From Candidatus Woesearchaeota archaeon (GTDB lineage: Archaea > Nanobdellota > Nanobdellia > UBA10117 > JABICX01), in assembly GCA_018652045.1 (NCBI GenBank), contig JABICX010000010.1:68451-132450 (forward strand): a DNA stretch of 64,000 bases, given 5' to 3'. The first letter of the stretch is position 1, and each line of letters opens with the position of its first letter. Below, one piece after another: positions 20,516-29,407 of this stretch. The notes beneath the pieces are model-generated. The model did no database searches. It worked only from the letters and a program-made list of their open reading frames with translations, and was not told where the DNA came from. Position numbers and translations under genes: made by a program.

Positions 20516-20710
20516 ATGTATTCTTTGTTGAAGAAGAAAAAAGATGAGCCACGTAATGCTGGCTGCAAGTTAGAGTTAGAGCAGATATTACATATTGACA
20601 TACGTAATCCTGAAGATGTTGCAAGGTTGCTTAAAGAGGAACTGAATTTTATGTATTCTAAACCGACATGCGGTAGAATACTGCGAGCTTTACTTGAAAC
20701 ATTAGAATAG
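20516..20710 (+). CDS. small hypothetical protein (64 aa from ATG; the track ORF starts at a TTG at 20459)
   Basis: Helical-looking sequence with no recognisable motif. Its 3' end is convergent with and overlaps the radB stop. The antisense ORF 20485-20838 looks less protein-like. Confidence 0.25.
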   Translation: MYSLLKKKKDEPRNAGCKLELEQILHIDIRNPEDVARLLKEELNFMYSKPTCGRILRALLETLE

Positions 20711-21409
20711 GCTGAACTTACGTTCTTTTTCCTTAGGTTCGGTTGTTTCTTCAAGTCCTGAGTTGACAATCTGGAAAAATACTGCGCTACCTTCTGGTAA
20801 GGCACGATGTTTAATAATCTCAGCCTTTCGTATACCAATGCCTACCTTCTCTAATCGGATAAGACACTTGCTCCAGTACTGAAGAATATCACCACCAACC
20901 ATTTTAATCGCGTCCCTTTTGTCAAAGTTAGAGTAAACTTGGTTAGTTACTAGTATCGGTATGTTATTTCTCCGCGCGATAGATGATAGGATCGATAGTT
21001 GTTTTGTTAGTTCTAAGTTTATTTCCTTCGGGTCATCCGGTCTTTCAAGTCGGTATAACATAGTTAGAGAATCAATAACAATAAGTTCAACATCTTCTTT
21101 TTTGATAATCTCGCGTAGGTCTCGAATCGCTTTCTGTTGTTCCGTAAACTCAAAAGGGCGAATCGTTGTTATGTTTTTTAGGATGTTTCGGATGTTTGGT
21201 TCAATCTGTTTGGCGCGTTCAACTGAGAAGTCGCTTTCTGTGTCGATGAATATCACTCTACCACGTCTTGCTGCAGAGATGGCAGCTATGATGGCGAAGT
21301 TAGACTTGCCACTTCCTGCCGCGCCAAAGACGGTTGTTATTGTATCTTTGTCAAGTCCGCCGTTGAGTAGTTTATTGATAACCGGAGAACCAAAATCAAC
21401 TTTTGTCAT
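20702..21409 (-). CDS. radB: RadB (RecA/RadA paralog, KaiC-like fold)
   Basis: 235 aa. Walker A GAAGSGKSN, Walker B-like ELIVIDSL. No N-terminal HhH domain. Confidence 0.8.
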   Translation of the reverse strand: MTKVDFGSPVINKLLNGGLDKDTITTVFGAAGSGKSNFAIIAAISAARRGRVIFIDTESDFSVERAKQIEPNIRNILKNITTIRPFEFTEQQKAIRDLREIIKKEDVELIVIDSLTMLYRLERPDDPKEINLELTKQLSILSSIARRNNIPILVTNQVYSNFDKRDAIKMVGGDILQYWSKCLIRLEKVGIGIRKAEIIKHRALPEGSAVFFQIVNSGLEETTEPKEKERKFSLF

Positions 21410-21538
21410 GCTTCTACTCAGTAACTTTTTAAGTTTTAAGTGCTTTATATGTTTAAAACCCTAGGTTTTAAAACTCGTAAATCTTCGATTTGTCGGTGTT
21501 TCACAATACTTTTAAATCTCAGATTCTGGAGATAACAG

Positions 21539-21775
21539 ATGATTAGCAAAACTAAAAAGACGTATATGAAGGGATATAATCAGTTGCCTAGTGTAAAAGC
21601 TAAGAAACGTAATTATATGCAGAAGATACGTGCAGATGAAGAGCAAAAAGCAGCACGTAGATTAGTTTTGTTCCTTTCTGAGATGGGTTATTCTAGGTGG
21701 GCAGAGGATGTTGCTGTGGAAAGAGCACCAGAGATGTTAGCAACAGTTAAGCCAAGAGTCGTTCAGAGGAAATAA
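21539..21775 (+). CDS. small basic hypothetical protein
   Basis: 78 aa, Lys/Arg-rich. TATA-like CTTTTAAATC lies about 30 nt upstream. Confidence 0.4.
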   Translation: MISKTKKTYMKGYNQLPSVKAKKRNYMQKIRADEEQKAARRLVLFLSEMGYSRWAEDVAVERAPEMLATVKPRVVQRK

Positions 21776-21804
21776 TTAAATAACTCTGTTGTTTAGTTTA
21801 TCAT

Positions 21805-22260
21805 ATGAATGCTAGAACTCATCTTCTGATCGCAATGTTCTTTGGTTTTATGTACTTTAGATTCTTTCCAGATATGGCAATAGTTGAGAAGTTTATTTTT
21901 TCCGCGTTTTTGATAACGACTTCATTGCTACCTGACATAGATTCCCCGACTTCAACATTGGGTAGAAAACACCGGGTTATAGCTAATTTATCAACACATC
22001 GTGGAATGTTTCACTCGATTTGGATACCTTTGATCGCTTTTTTCTTTTCAATGGTATACCCTTTGCTTAAAGGACCGCTTATGGGTATTACTATTGGATA
22101 CAGTGCCCATCTAATCGCAGATGCTATGACTGTTGAAGGTATAAAACCATTTGCTCCCTTCTCAAAAGAGACAATAAAAGGACCTCTGAGAACCGGTTCA
22201 ATCTTTGAGACCGCAATCGCTGCAGCAGTTGTTATGTTCTTCCTTGTCCAGCCTTTTTAG
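21805..22260 (+). CDS. membrane-bound metal-dependent hydrolase, YdjM/DUF457 family
   Basis: LLPDIDSPTS, HRGMFHS and GYSAHLIADAMT motifs in a 4-TM protein. Confidence 0.7.
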   Translation: MNARTHLLIAMFFGFMYFRFFPDMAIVEKFIFSAFLITTSLLPDIDSPTSTLGRKHRVIANLSTHRGMFHSIWIPLIAFFFSMVYPLLKGPLMGITIGYSAHLIADAMTVEGIKPFAPFSKETIKGPLRTGSIFETAIAAAVVMFFLVQPF

Positions 22261-22451
22261 CCATAATGTTTCCTGAAGTTTTCTGTTAGGTCAAGTGGCC
22301 GCTTTCTTGTTGCAACTACTACCTTGTCTTTGTTGTACAGCTCAGCTAGTTTTTCGATAGCATCAGACTTTGTTTTTAAGTCATACTCTGCTTTTATGAT
22401 GTTTAGAATTCGATTAGAGTCTTTGTTGATGTCAATGATCGCTTTTACCAT
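22257..22451 (-). CDS. small DUF2683-like / antitoxin-like protein
   Basis: 64 aa. MVKAIIDINKDSNRILNIIKAEYDLKTKSDAIEKLAELY resembles the archaeal DUF2683 pattern as I recall it. No toxin partner is adjacent. Confidence 0.45.
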   Translation of the reverse strand: MVKAIIDINKDSNRILNIIKAEYDLKTKSDAIEKLAELYNKDKVVVATRKRPLDLTENFRKHYG

Positions 22452-22479
22452 TAATATGGTATTAACAGCACATTAATAT

Positions 22480-22507
22480 ATAGCTTTCGACCAAGTGCGA
22501 AAGCTAT
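22480..22507. promoter_or_regulatory. perfect 10-bp inverted repeat (ATAGCTTTCG-N8-CGAAAGCTAT) in a divergent promoter region
   Basis: Read directly from the sequence. Lies between the 22257-22451 (-) gene and cdc48 (+). A second palindrome, TTAATA-tgg-TATTAA, sits at 22451-22465. Confidence 0.5.
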
Positions 22508-22595
22508 GCCTGCTAATCCGTGATTCGCGTAGTATAGTTTTCTAAGAGCTTCCACTCAATAGGCTATTAAAAGTTAACTGTACGATATTTACACG

Positions 22596-24920
22596 ATGCT
22601 TAGTAAGAAAAAGCCTTCTGCAGATTATGTTGAACTGAATGTTGCTGAAGCTCAGCAAGATGATGTAGACAAAGGAATCGTTCGCATTGATTCACAGATT
22701 ATGAAAGAGATTGGTCTGAATCAAGGTGATATTGTTGAGATTCAAGGTGAGAGAAAGACGGTTTCTATTGCTGGACGAGCATTTCCTGCAGACTTAGGTC
22801 TTAATATTATTCGCATGGATCCATTGTCTCGACGTAATGCTAAGACTTCTATTAGCGAGCGAGTTAAAGTAAAGAAACTTGAGTTTGTACCGGCAAAGAG
22901 TGTAACGCTAGCTCCAGTTAAGGGAAGAATCATTATACAGGGAGACTTTTCTGCAATTAAGAAAGGGATTTTAGGTAGAGCGCTTTCAAAAGGAGATGTC
23001 ATCTCTATGGGTGGAACTCGCAGACGAAGAACTGCTTTTTCAGGTTCTCCGTTTGAAGATATTTTTGATCAACTGATGTCAGATGATAGTTTTGGTGGAA
23101 TGGGTGGCCTTGGATTTGGCGGCCTTAAGATGATGGTTGTAAATACAAATCCAAAAGGAGCCTGCATTGTTACTGAAGATACACAGGTTGAGTGGAAAGA
23201 CACACCTGTTGAATTAAAAGAAGAGAATGTACCTGAGATTGCATACGAAGATATTGGTGGATTGGAAGATGAAATTACAAAGGTTCGAGAGATGATCGAG
23301 CTTCCAATGAAACACCCTGAGATCTTTGAGCGACTAGGTGTTCAGCCACCAAAAGGAGTTCTACTTTACGGACCACCTGGAACCGGAAAAACCTTACTAG
23401 CAAAAGCAGTTGCACACGAATCACAGGCTAACTTTGTAACACTTAATGGTCCTGAGATCATGAGTAAGTTTGTAGGTGAAGCTGAAAAGAAACTTCGACA
23501 ACTGTTTGAAGATGCTGAGAAGAACGCACCTTCAATATTATTCATTGACGAGATAGATGCTATTGCACCTAAGCGAGAGGAAAGTTATGGTGAGGTTGAG
23601 CGAAGAGTTGTTGCGCAGTTACTTGCTTCCATGGATGGAATGAAAGGCCGAGGAAAAGTTATTGTTATTGCCGCAACAAATCGACAAGATGCATTAGATC
23701 CGGCACTTCGAAGAGGCGGACGATTTGACCGCGAGATTGAGATAGGCGTCCCAAATCGAAAAGGTAGATTAGATATCTTAAAGATTCATACTCGAAACAT
23801 GCCACTTGCAGACAAAGATTCTGCAGACGGTAAGAAAGTAGATATTGAGAAATTAGCAGATAGAACTTATGGATATGTTGGAGCAGACCTAGAGAGTCTC
23901 GCAAAAGAAGCTGCGATGAATGTTATTCGAAGAGTTATACCTGATTATGCTAATCTAAAAGAAAATCAAGATTTATCAAAAATATATCCACTACTTACAG
24001 TTTATCAAGACGACTTTGAAGAAGGTTTTAAAATGGTTCAGCCTTCTGCAATGCGAGAGGTTCTTATTGATATTCCAAATGTTAAGTGGGAAGATGTTGG
24101 TGGTATTGAAAAAGCTAAGCAAGAGCTTAAGGAAGTTGTTGAGTGGCCGCTAACTAACTTTGAAGCATTTAAGCGAATGGGTGTTAAGGCGCCAAAAGGA
24201 GTTCTACTTTATGGACCACCTGGAACTGGAAAAACATTATTAGCAAAAGCAGTCGCAACCGAATCTGGAGCGAACTTCATATCTGTAAAGGGTCCTGAAG
24301 TCCTAAGCAAGTGGGTTGGTGAATCTGAGAAAGCAGTTAGAAAGATCTTTGCAAAAGCAAGACAGGTAGCACCGTCAATCATATTCTTTGATGAGATAGA
24401 CGCAATAGCGTCACAACGATCTGGCGCAGATACCGGTTCTCACAGCGATGCAAGAGTTGTAAATCAGATCTTAACTGAGATGGATGGAATGGAAGATATG
24501 AAAGACGTAGTTGTTTTGGCAGCAAGTAATCGACCAGAGCTCATTGATCCAGCACTATTACGCCCGGGAAGATTTGATAGGCACATTATGATACCACCTC
24601 CAACTGAGAAAGAGCGCGCGATAATCTTTGATGTTCATACAAAGCCTATGCCACTTGCAAAAGATGTGGTTATTAAGGACTTAGCTAAGAATACCGCAAA
24701 CTATTCTGGTGCAGATATTGAGGCAGTATGTAGAGAGGCCGCAATGCTGGCTCTACGTGAAAACATGCAGGCTGAACAGGTAAAGAAGAAGCACTTTGAT
24801 CAGGCATTAAAAGAGATTCACGGTAGTCTTAGAAAGACTGAAGTTAGCAAGTACAAGAACGCAATTGATTCAGCTAAGAGCGGAACTATTTGTGACACCG
24901 CTCCAGAGTATATGGGTTAA
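22596..24920 (+). CDS. cdc48: Cdc48/VCP-type AAA+ ATPase (two AAA domains)
   Basis: N-domain [13 protein letters not shown], two Walker [16 protein letters not shown] motifs, two Walker B (ILFIDEID and IIFFDEID). 774 aa. Confidence 0.92.
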   Translation: MLSKKKPSADYVELNVAEAQQDDVDKGIVRIDSQIMKEIGLNQGDIVEIQGERKTVSIAGRAFPADLGLNIIRMDPLSRRNAKTSISERVKVKKLEFVPAKSVTLAPVKGRIIIQGDFSAIKKGILGRALSKGDVISMGGTRRRRTAFSGSPFEDIFDQLMSDDSFGGMGGLGFGGLKMMVVNTNPKGACIVTEDTQVEWKDTPVELKEENVPEIAYEDIGGLEDEITKVREMIELPMKHPEIFERLGVQPPKGVLLYGPPGTGKTLLAKAVAHESQANFVTLNGPEIMSKFVGEAEKKLRQLFEDAEKNAPSILFIDEIDAIAPKREESYGEVERRVVAQLLASMDGMKGRGKVIVIAATNRQDALDPALRRGGRFDREIEIGVPNRKGRLDILKIHTRNMPLADKDSADGKKVDIEKLADRTYGYVGADLESLAKEAAMNVIRRVIPDYANLKENQDLSKIYPLLTVYQDDFEEGFKMVQPSAMREVLIDIPNVKWEDVGGIEKAKQELKEVVEWPLTNFEAFKRMGVKAPKGVLLYGPPGTGKTLLAKAVATESGANFISVKGPEVLSKWVGESEKAVRKIFAKARQVAPSIIFFDEIDAIASQRSGADTGSHSDARVVNQILTEMDGMEDMKDVVVLAASNRPELIDPALLRPGRFDRHIMIPPPTEKERAIIFDVHTKPMPLAKDVVIKDLAKNTANYSGADIEAVCREAAMLALRENMQAEQVKKKHFDQALKEIHGSLRKTEVSKYKNAIDSAKSGTICDTAPEYMG

Positions 24921-25813
24921 GTAAGAATCTCCGGTTTATCTGCGATTATAACAGTATGTTCTGATTGAGAAACCTTGCAACCTTTCGTATCTTCTGGAAG
25001 TGTTGAGTATTCTTTGATTATACCTTTAGCTACAAATAACTTGAGTGCCAGTCCTGCCTTTAGCTTTCCGAACTTGTTGGCAACATGCCTCTTTGCGAAT
25101 GGCAAGGTTTTGTACTCAGACTTAACCCACTCAAGCACCTCACGAAATTGTCGAACATTTCCGCGGGAATGTAGTGAATATATACCAGAGCCCTTACCAC
25201 TCTTTACATAGCCGCTACCTGTCGTAGCAAAAGGTTCTATAGCAATAATCTGACCTTCTTTTAGTTTTTGAGTATTTCCATTGTCAAAGCTAGGAATACT
25301 TGGAGCGCTATGTATCGTCCATTCACCAACACCGTGCCCGTTTAGGTTTCGAATCGGTTCGAATCCATAACTCATGATTTTTTTCTCAACAGCAGCGCCA
25401 ATCTCTTTGAGCCGAACACCTGGTTTTGCCATCGAAGTAGCAATCTTAAGCGCTTCGTCAGATGCTTTGATTAGTTTTTCATTCTCAGCGTTCTTGCCAA
25501 TCGAGACTGAAAAAGCAGTATCTGTAACACATCCATCAACGTGAACACCTAGATCAATCTTTACTAGATCACCTTTCTTTAAGGTAAGGGCATCCTCAAC
25601 AATTGGAACATAGTGTGCCGCCATATCATTAACAGAAACATCAACTGGAAAGGCAGGCTTTCCACCAAGCGAGACGATTTTAGCTTCGACAGCCTCAGCT
25701 ATGTCAAGTGCTTTTGCGCCTTCTTTTACAAGCGGCCTAGCATATTTCTTAACCTGTCTAGCGATCTTACCCGACTGTCTGAACTTGTCTAAACTATCCA
25801 TAATAAGATACAT
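24917..25813 (-). CDS. map: methionine aminopeptidase, type 2 (archaeal)
   Basis: 298 aa. AAHYVP, DLGVHVDG, NGHGVG, IAIEPF and SQSEHTVI metal-ligand contexts. Confidence 0.88.
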   Translation of the reverse strand: MYLIMDSLDKFRQSGKIARQVKKYARPLVKEGAKALDIAEAVEAKIVSLGGKPAFPVDVSVNDMAAHYVPIVEDALTLKKGDLVKIDLGVHVDGCVTDTAFSVSIGKNAENEKLIKASDEALKIATSMAKPGVRLKEIGAAVEKKIMSYGFEPIRNLNGHGVGEWTIHSAPSIPSFDNGNTQKLKEGQIIAIEPFATTGSGYVKSGKGSGIYSLHSRGNVRQFREVLEWVKSEYKTLPFAKRHVANKFGKLKAGLALKLFVAKGIIKEYSTLPEDTKGCKVSQSEHTVIIADKPEILT

Positions 25814-25831
25814 AGAAGTAAGAATAAAAAT

Positions 25832-26152
25832 CTATTGTTCGGTAGTTTCAGTAGCTGGTGCGGGAAGCACTCTGTTTACATAAATCACCAGGTCAGTTTC
25901 TTCTATATGTTGTTTGACCACAACCTCATGTTTAAGTAGATCGTCCATTGTCATGCCACGTAACCAACGATTTATAAAAACGCCTGAGGAATCATCTCTT
26001 GATTGAAGTTCTCGTGCTAATTTACGTGTAGCATCATCTTCAACCTTTCCGTCTACTAAGAGTTTTCCTTTATCTTCATCTGAAAGTATGTATGGATTCG
26101 TCCAGTCTGGAGAGTTTGGCTGTAATCGAATTCCGCATTGTCCGCATCCCAT
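25832..26152 (-). CDS. hypothetical protein
   Basis: 106 aa, N-terminal MGCGQCG. 1-nt overlap with the upstream histone-fold-like gene. Confidence 0.45.
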   Translation of the reverse strand: MGCGQCGIRLQPNSPDWTNPYILSDEDKGKLLVDGKVEDDATRKLARELQSRDDSSGVFINRWLRGMTMDDLLKHEVVVKQHIEETDLVIYVNRVLPAPATETTEQ

Positions 26153-26586
26153 TATTGTTCACCTTTTAGAACGTTAAAGAAACGTGCTAGTTCTCTGTTA
26201 ATGTGATCTGCATCTGCGCCCATCTTCTGGCAGGCTAGCATAATTCTCTCTTGATCCTTAACAATATCTGCAATCATATCATATGGCTTTGTGGCTCGAT
26301 TAAAGTCTGCAAGTCCGACAGATCCAAATTGTGTGTCTCCCATCTCTCTTGCAACTCGTTTTAGTAAGTTACCTAACCATAGGTTAATTGCGTCTTTAAC
26401 TTCAGAGCGAAGCTGCTTTGAGTTGCCTATCTCGCTCTTTATGATTCTAACTACTCTTGCTCTTGGAAAGGGCAAGCTATCATCATCTTGATCTTCAATA
26501 ACCTCTTCGGCTACTGGTTCTGCTACTGGAGTCTCTTGCTCAACAGGAGCAGTTTGTATCTGATTTTCTTCATCCATGATCGTCAC
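26152..26586 (-). CDS. histone-fold-like protein with acidic N-terminal tail and C-terminal extension
   Basis: LPFPRARVVRIIKSEIGNSKQLRSEVKDAINLWLGNLLKRVAREM matches the alpha1-L1-alpha2 pattern of histone fold / NF-Y-like proteins. It is preceded by about 35 acidic residues. Confidence 0.45.
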   Translation of the reverse strand: MTIMDEENQIQTAPVEQETPVAEPVAEEVIEDQDDDSLPFPRARVVRIIKSEIGNSKQLRSEVKDAINLWLGNLLKRVAREMGDTQFGSVGLADFNRATKPYDMIADIVKDQERIMLACQKMGADADHINRELARFFNVLKGEQ

Positions 26587-26681
26587 CTTATAGTAAAGTA
26601 CAGTGATTTTACTTTATAAGTAATTGTTCAGTTTGTACTATATACATATGAGAATAAGGGTTTAAAACACTATCCTTAGCG

Positions 26682-27044
26682 TTATTTCATGCATAAATGG
26701 CAATTTTCTGCGTTTCCGGACTCTGATTTACATGCGTCGCAGGCCATGCCTTTTGTACGGATCTCTCTACATATCTGACAGATACCAAACTGTAGAACCT
26801 TCTGGTTCTTACCTTGACCAATAGCACTGGTGACCACGTTTAGCATATCTTTAACCTCTTCAGGTATCTTGAATTCACTCGCCCGCTTACCACTTAAGTA
26901 TTGTGAGATTGCTGCTTCTGTGCTATCTAACACCTTAGCAATGTCTTTCTGCTTCATATCTGTAGTATCTTTGAGGTTCCTTGCTAGCTGTGCTTTTATA
27001 GCAGGTAATATCTTCCATACAACTAACTCACACGGGAATTGCAT
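26682..27044 (-). CDS. HTH (XRE-like) transcriptional regulator with C-terminal Cys cluster
   Basis: MKQKDIAKVLDSTEAAISQYLSGKRA forms the HTH. The C-terminus has CQICREIRTKGMACDACKSESGNAENCHLC. Divergent from the iscU-like/sufS pair. Confidence 0.6.
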   Translation of the reverse strand: MQFPCELVVWKILPAIKAQLARNLKDTTDMKQKDIAKVLDSTEAAISQYLSGKRASEFKIPEEVKDMLNVVTSAIGQGKNQKVLQFGICQICREIRTKGMACDACKSESGNAENCHLCMK

Positions 27045-27120
27045 AGTAACTGTGGGTTTTTATACTTAATAAAGATTTGCGTTTCTTAACTATCGTTAAG
27101 TTTATAAACCTCCGTAACAT

Positions 27121-27504
27121 ATGAAAGTTAAGATGGCATACTCCGAAAAAGTCAAGCAACGTTTCATGCATCCCACACATAGAGGGACTGTAAAAGACGC
27201 AGACTCTCACGTTACGGTACAGAGTGAGATTTGTGGTGATGAGATTGAGATATCATTTAATGTAAAAGAGGGTAAGATCTCAAAGTGTATGTTTGAGTCA
27301 TTGGGGTGCGCAATTAGTGTTGCAACCTGTGATGTTATCTGTGAGTTGGCGGAGGGTAAAACCATCAACGAGGCTGAAAAGCTTACTAAACAAGATATCA
27401 TAACAGGTGTTGGAGATCTACCAACCGTTAAGATTCATTGCGGTGATCTATCCGCAAAAGGTTTAAGGGAAGCAATCAAGCAGTATAAAGCGAAACATAT
27501 GTAA
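27121..27504 (+). CDS. iscU: IscU/SufU-like Fe-S cluster scaffold
   Basis: Three conserved Cys contexts: ICGDEI, LGCAISVA and KIHCGDL. Confidence 0.8.
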   Translation: MKVKMAYSEKVKQRFMHPTHRGTVKDADSHVTVQSEICGDEIEISFNVKEGKISKCMFESLGCAISVATCDVICELAEGKTINEAEKLTKQDIITGVGDLPTVKIHCGDLSAKGLREAIKQYKAKHM

Positions 27505-27505
27505 G

Positions 27506-28744
27506 ATGTTATTCATTAAGTTTAATCCTAATAATTATAGGGAAGATTTTACAGTTCTTAGTAAGAATATACGTGGCCAGGCTCCAATCTATTTTGATAA
27601 CGCATGTATGACGCTTAGACCAAAACAGGTTGTGGATAAGATTACAGAGTATTACAATGAGTATCCTGGTTGTCATGGTCGAAGCGGACATAAGTTTGGC
27701 GCGAAAGTTACTATTGAGTTTGATAAGGCAAGACGATCTGTTCAGAAGTTTTTAGGCGCCAAGCACAAAGACGAAATTATATTCACAAAAAACGCTACAG
27801 AGGCGATAAACCTCGTTGCACATGGAATGGATTTACAAGACGGAGATGTTGTGATTAACTCAGATAGAGAACACTCATCTAACATTGTTCCTTGGTTAGA
27901 ACTGCATAAAGACCGCGGTGTGGAAAGAATATACATCCCTTCAAAGAAAGACGAGACTTTCGATCTTGTTGCATATGAGACTGAGCTCCATAAAAATAAA
28001 GGCAAAGTTAAGCTAGTTTCAATTGTCTATACGTCTAATCTCGACGGTTATACGCTACCTGTAAAGGATATCATAAAGCGAGCGCATCGATATAAGATCC
28101 CAGTTTTACTTGATGCTGCACAGGCAGCACCGCACCAGGAGATTAATGTTCAGGAGTTAGATGTTGACTTTTTGGCAATATCGAGTCATAAGATGTGTGG
28201 ACCGACAGGTGTAGGTGCTTTGTATGGTAAACGATCGCAGTTAGAGAAGCTAAAGCCGTTCATCACAGGCGGATCAACTGTCGTCAATACAACATATACT
28301 AATTATGAACTGGCAGAACTACCTGCTCGATTTGAGGCAGGTCTTCAGAACTATTCAGGAGTTGCGGGTTTTGGTGTAGCTTGCGAATATCTACAAAACG
28401 TGAAGTTAGATAAGATATCAAAACATGAGAACGTGCTTACTCGATACTTCCAAGAAAAGCTTACAGCAATCCCAAAAGTTAAGATCGTAGGTGTTCAAGA
28501 TCCACGTTTGAGAGGCGGAATCACAAGCTTTGTTATTGAAGGCATGAATTATCATGATACTGCGTTGTTATTGGACGAAGCTGCAAATATTATGTGTAGA
28601 TCTGGTCAGCATTGCCTGCATTCTTGGTTTAACTCAAGAAAGATATTAGGATCTGTTCGAGCAAGTTTTTACTTCTACAATACAAAGCAAGAGATCGACA
28701 TTATGATCGAAGCTCTAAAAAAGATTGCTAGCATGTCTAAGTAG
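27506..28744 (+). CDS. sufS: cysteine desulfurase (class V aminotransferase, SufS/NifS-like)
   Basis: PLP-Lys context SSHKMCGPTGVG. Catalytic Cys context RSGQHC. 412 aa. Confidence 0.88.
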   Translation: MLFIKFNPNNYREDFTVLSKNIRGQAPIYFDNACMTLRPKQVVDKITEYYNEYPGCHGRSGHKFGAKVTIEFDKARRSVQKFLGAKHKDEIIFTKNATEAINLVAHGMDLQDGDVVINSDREHSSNIVPWLELHKDRGVERIYIPSKKDETFDLVAYETELHKNKGKVKLVSIVYTSNLDGYTLPVKDIIKRAHRYKIPVLLDAAQAAPHQEINVQELDVDFLAISSHKMCGPTGVGALYGKRSQLEKLKPFITGGSTVVNTTYTNYELAELPARFEAGLQNYSGVAGFGVACEYLQNVKLDKISKHENVLTRYFQEKLTAIPKVKIVGVQDPRLRGGITSFVIEGMNYHDTALLLDEAANIMCRSGQHCLHSWFNSRKILGSVRASFYFYNTKQEIDIMIEALKKIASMSK

Positions 28745-29051
28745 TTATTTTCTTAACCAACACTGATGCTCCACTAGTAATAAATGCTGCACCAATTAAT
28801 ACGGATATTAGTGACATGAAATCTGTTGAGATACACATCGCTTTTTCTACTTGCCATGGAAGTTCTATAGTCATCTCTTGGTTAGGTATGGCTATGCCTT
28901 GAACATTTCCTGCGTCAGTGACTGTTTTGATCGAGTCTACCTGACAGGGCGCAGTTAATGTATAGTATATTAGTCCAACACCTATAATCAAAAAGACAGC
29001 ACTTAACCACGCTTTGTTGCTTTTTTTTGGAATGAGCTTTGTTTTTGCCAT
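28737..29051 (-). CDS. small membrane protein (start moved to MAKTKLIPKK)
   Basis: Two TM segments. A TATA-like ATTTTATATTA (on the - strand) lies about 20-30 nt upstream of ATG 29051. The track start is 29111. Confidence 0.4.
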   Translation of the reverse strand: MAKTKLIPKKSNKAWLSAVFLIIGVGLIYYTLTAPCQVDSIKTVTDAGNVQGIAIPNQEMTIELPWQVEKAMCISTDFMSLISVLIGAAFITSGASVLVKKITT

Positions 29052-29269
29052 ATACTTGTATACTTTAGTATAATATAAAATTACCGTAACAAAATCCTTA
29101 TAAATCTCCATACTTCTTTTTAGTTATGGCCAATTATGGTGATTGCCCCTGTAAGTTTTAGGAAAAGTCAAGGTAGTCACATATTTCGTTGCAATTGATC
29201 CAAATTAGTTGTAGCTATTGCGCAGGTGGGTCGAATCGAAGATTCGCAGACCTTCTTGGTGCAATATAT

Positions 29270-29375
29270 GCGCAGGTGGCCAAATCCGGTACAGTAAAAG
29301 AGGAGTTCTTTTCCTGCGGGAAAAGGCGTGCGGTTGCAGCCCGCAAGATTATGGGTTCGAATCCCATCCTGCGCT
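29270..29375 (+). tRNA. tRNA-Cys(GCA) with one intron in the D-loop
   Basis: Acceptor GCGCAGG/CCTGCGC, discriminator T73. Anticodon arm TGCGG-TTGCAGC-CCGCA. T arm ATGGG-TTCGAAT-CCCAT. The span is 106 nt; removing 29291-29322 gives a 74-nt cloverleaf. Confidence 0.8.
29291..29322 (+). other. tRNA-Cys intron (32 nt, non-canonical D-loop position)
   Basis: Hand-folded BHB. Central helix TCCG/CGGG, 3-nt bulges GTA and AAA. Intron helix CAGTAAAAGA/TCTTTTCCTG (1 mismatch). The D-stem GCC/GGC acts as the exon helix. Confidence 0.65.
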
Positions 29376-29386
29376 TTATTTAAATA
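29374..29386 (+). promoter_or_regulatory. TATA-like box upstream of cysS, overlapping the tRNA-Cys 3' end
   Basis: CTTTATTTAAATA about 25-30 nt upstream of ATG 29408. Confidence 0.45.
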
Positions 29387-29407
29387 GTAGAGAGGAGTAT
29401 ACAAGAT

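Noticed and set aside
20485-20838. 117-aa - strand ORF overlapping the radB 3' end and the 20459-20710 + strand ORF.
   Set aside because: It overlaps the well-supported radB gene out of frame. Its sequence is Ser/Leu/Asn-rich and lacks a promoter-like box. The + strand small ORF is kept, but only at low confidence.
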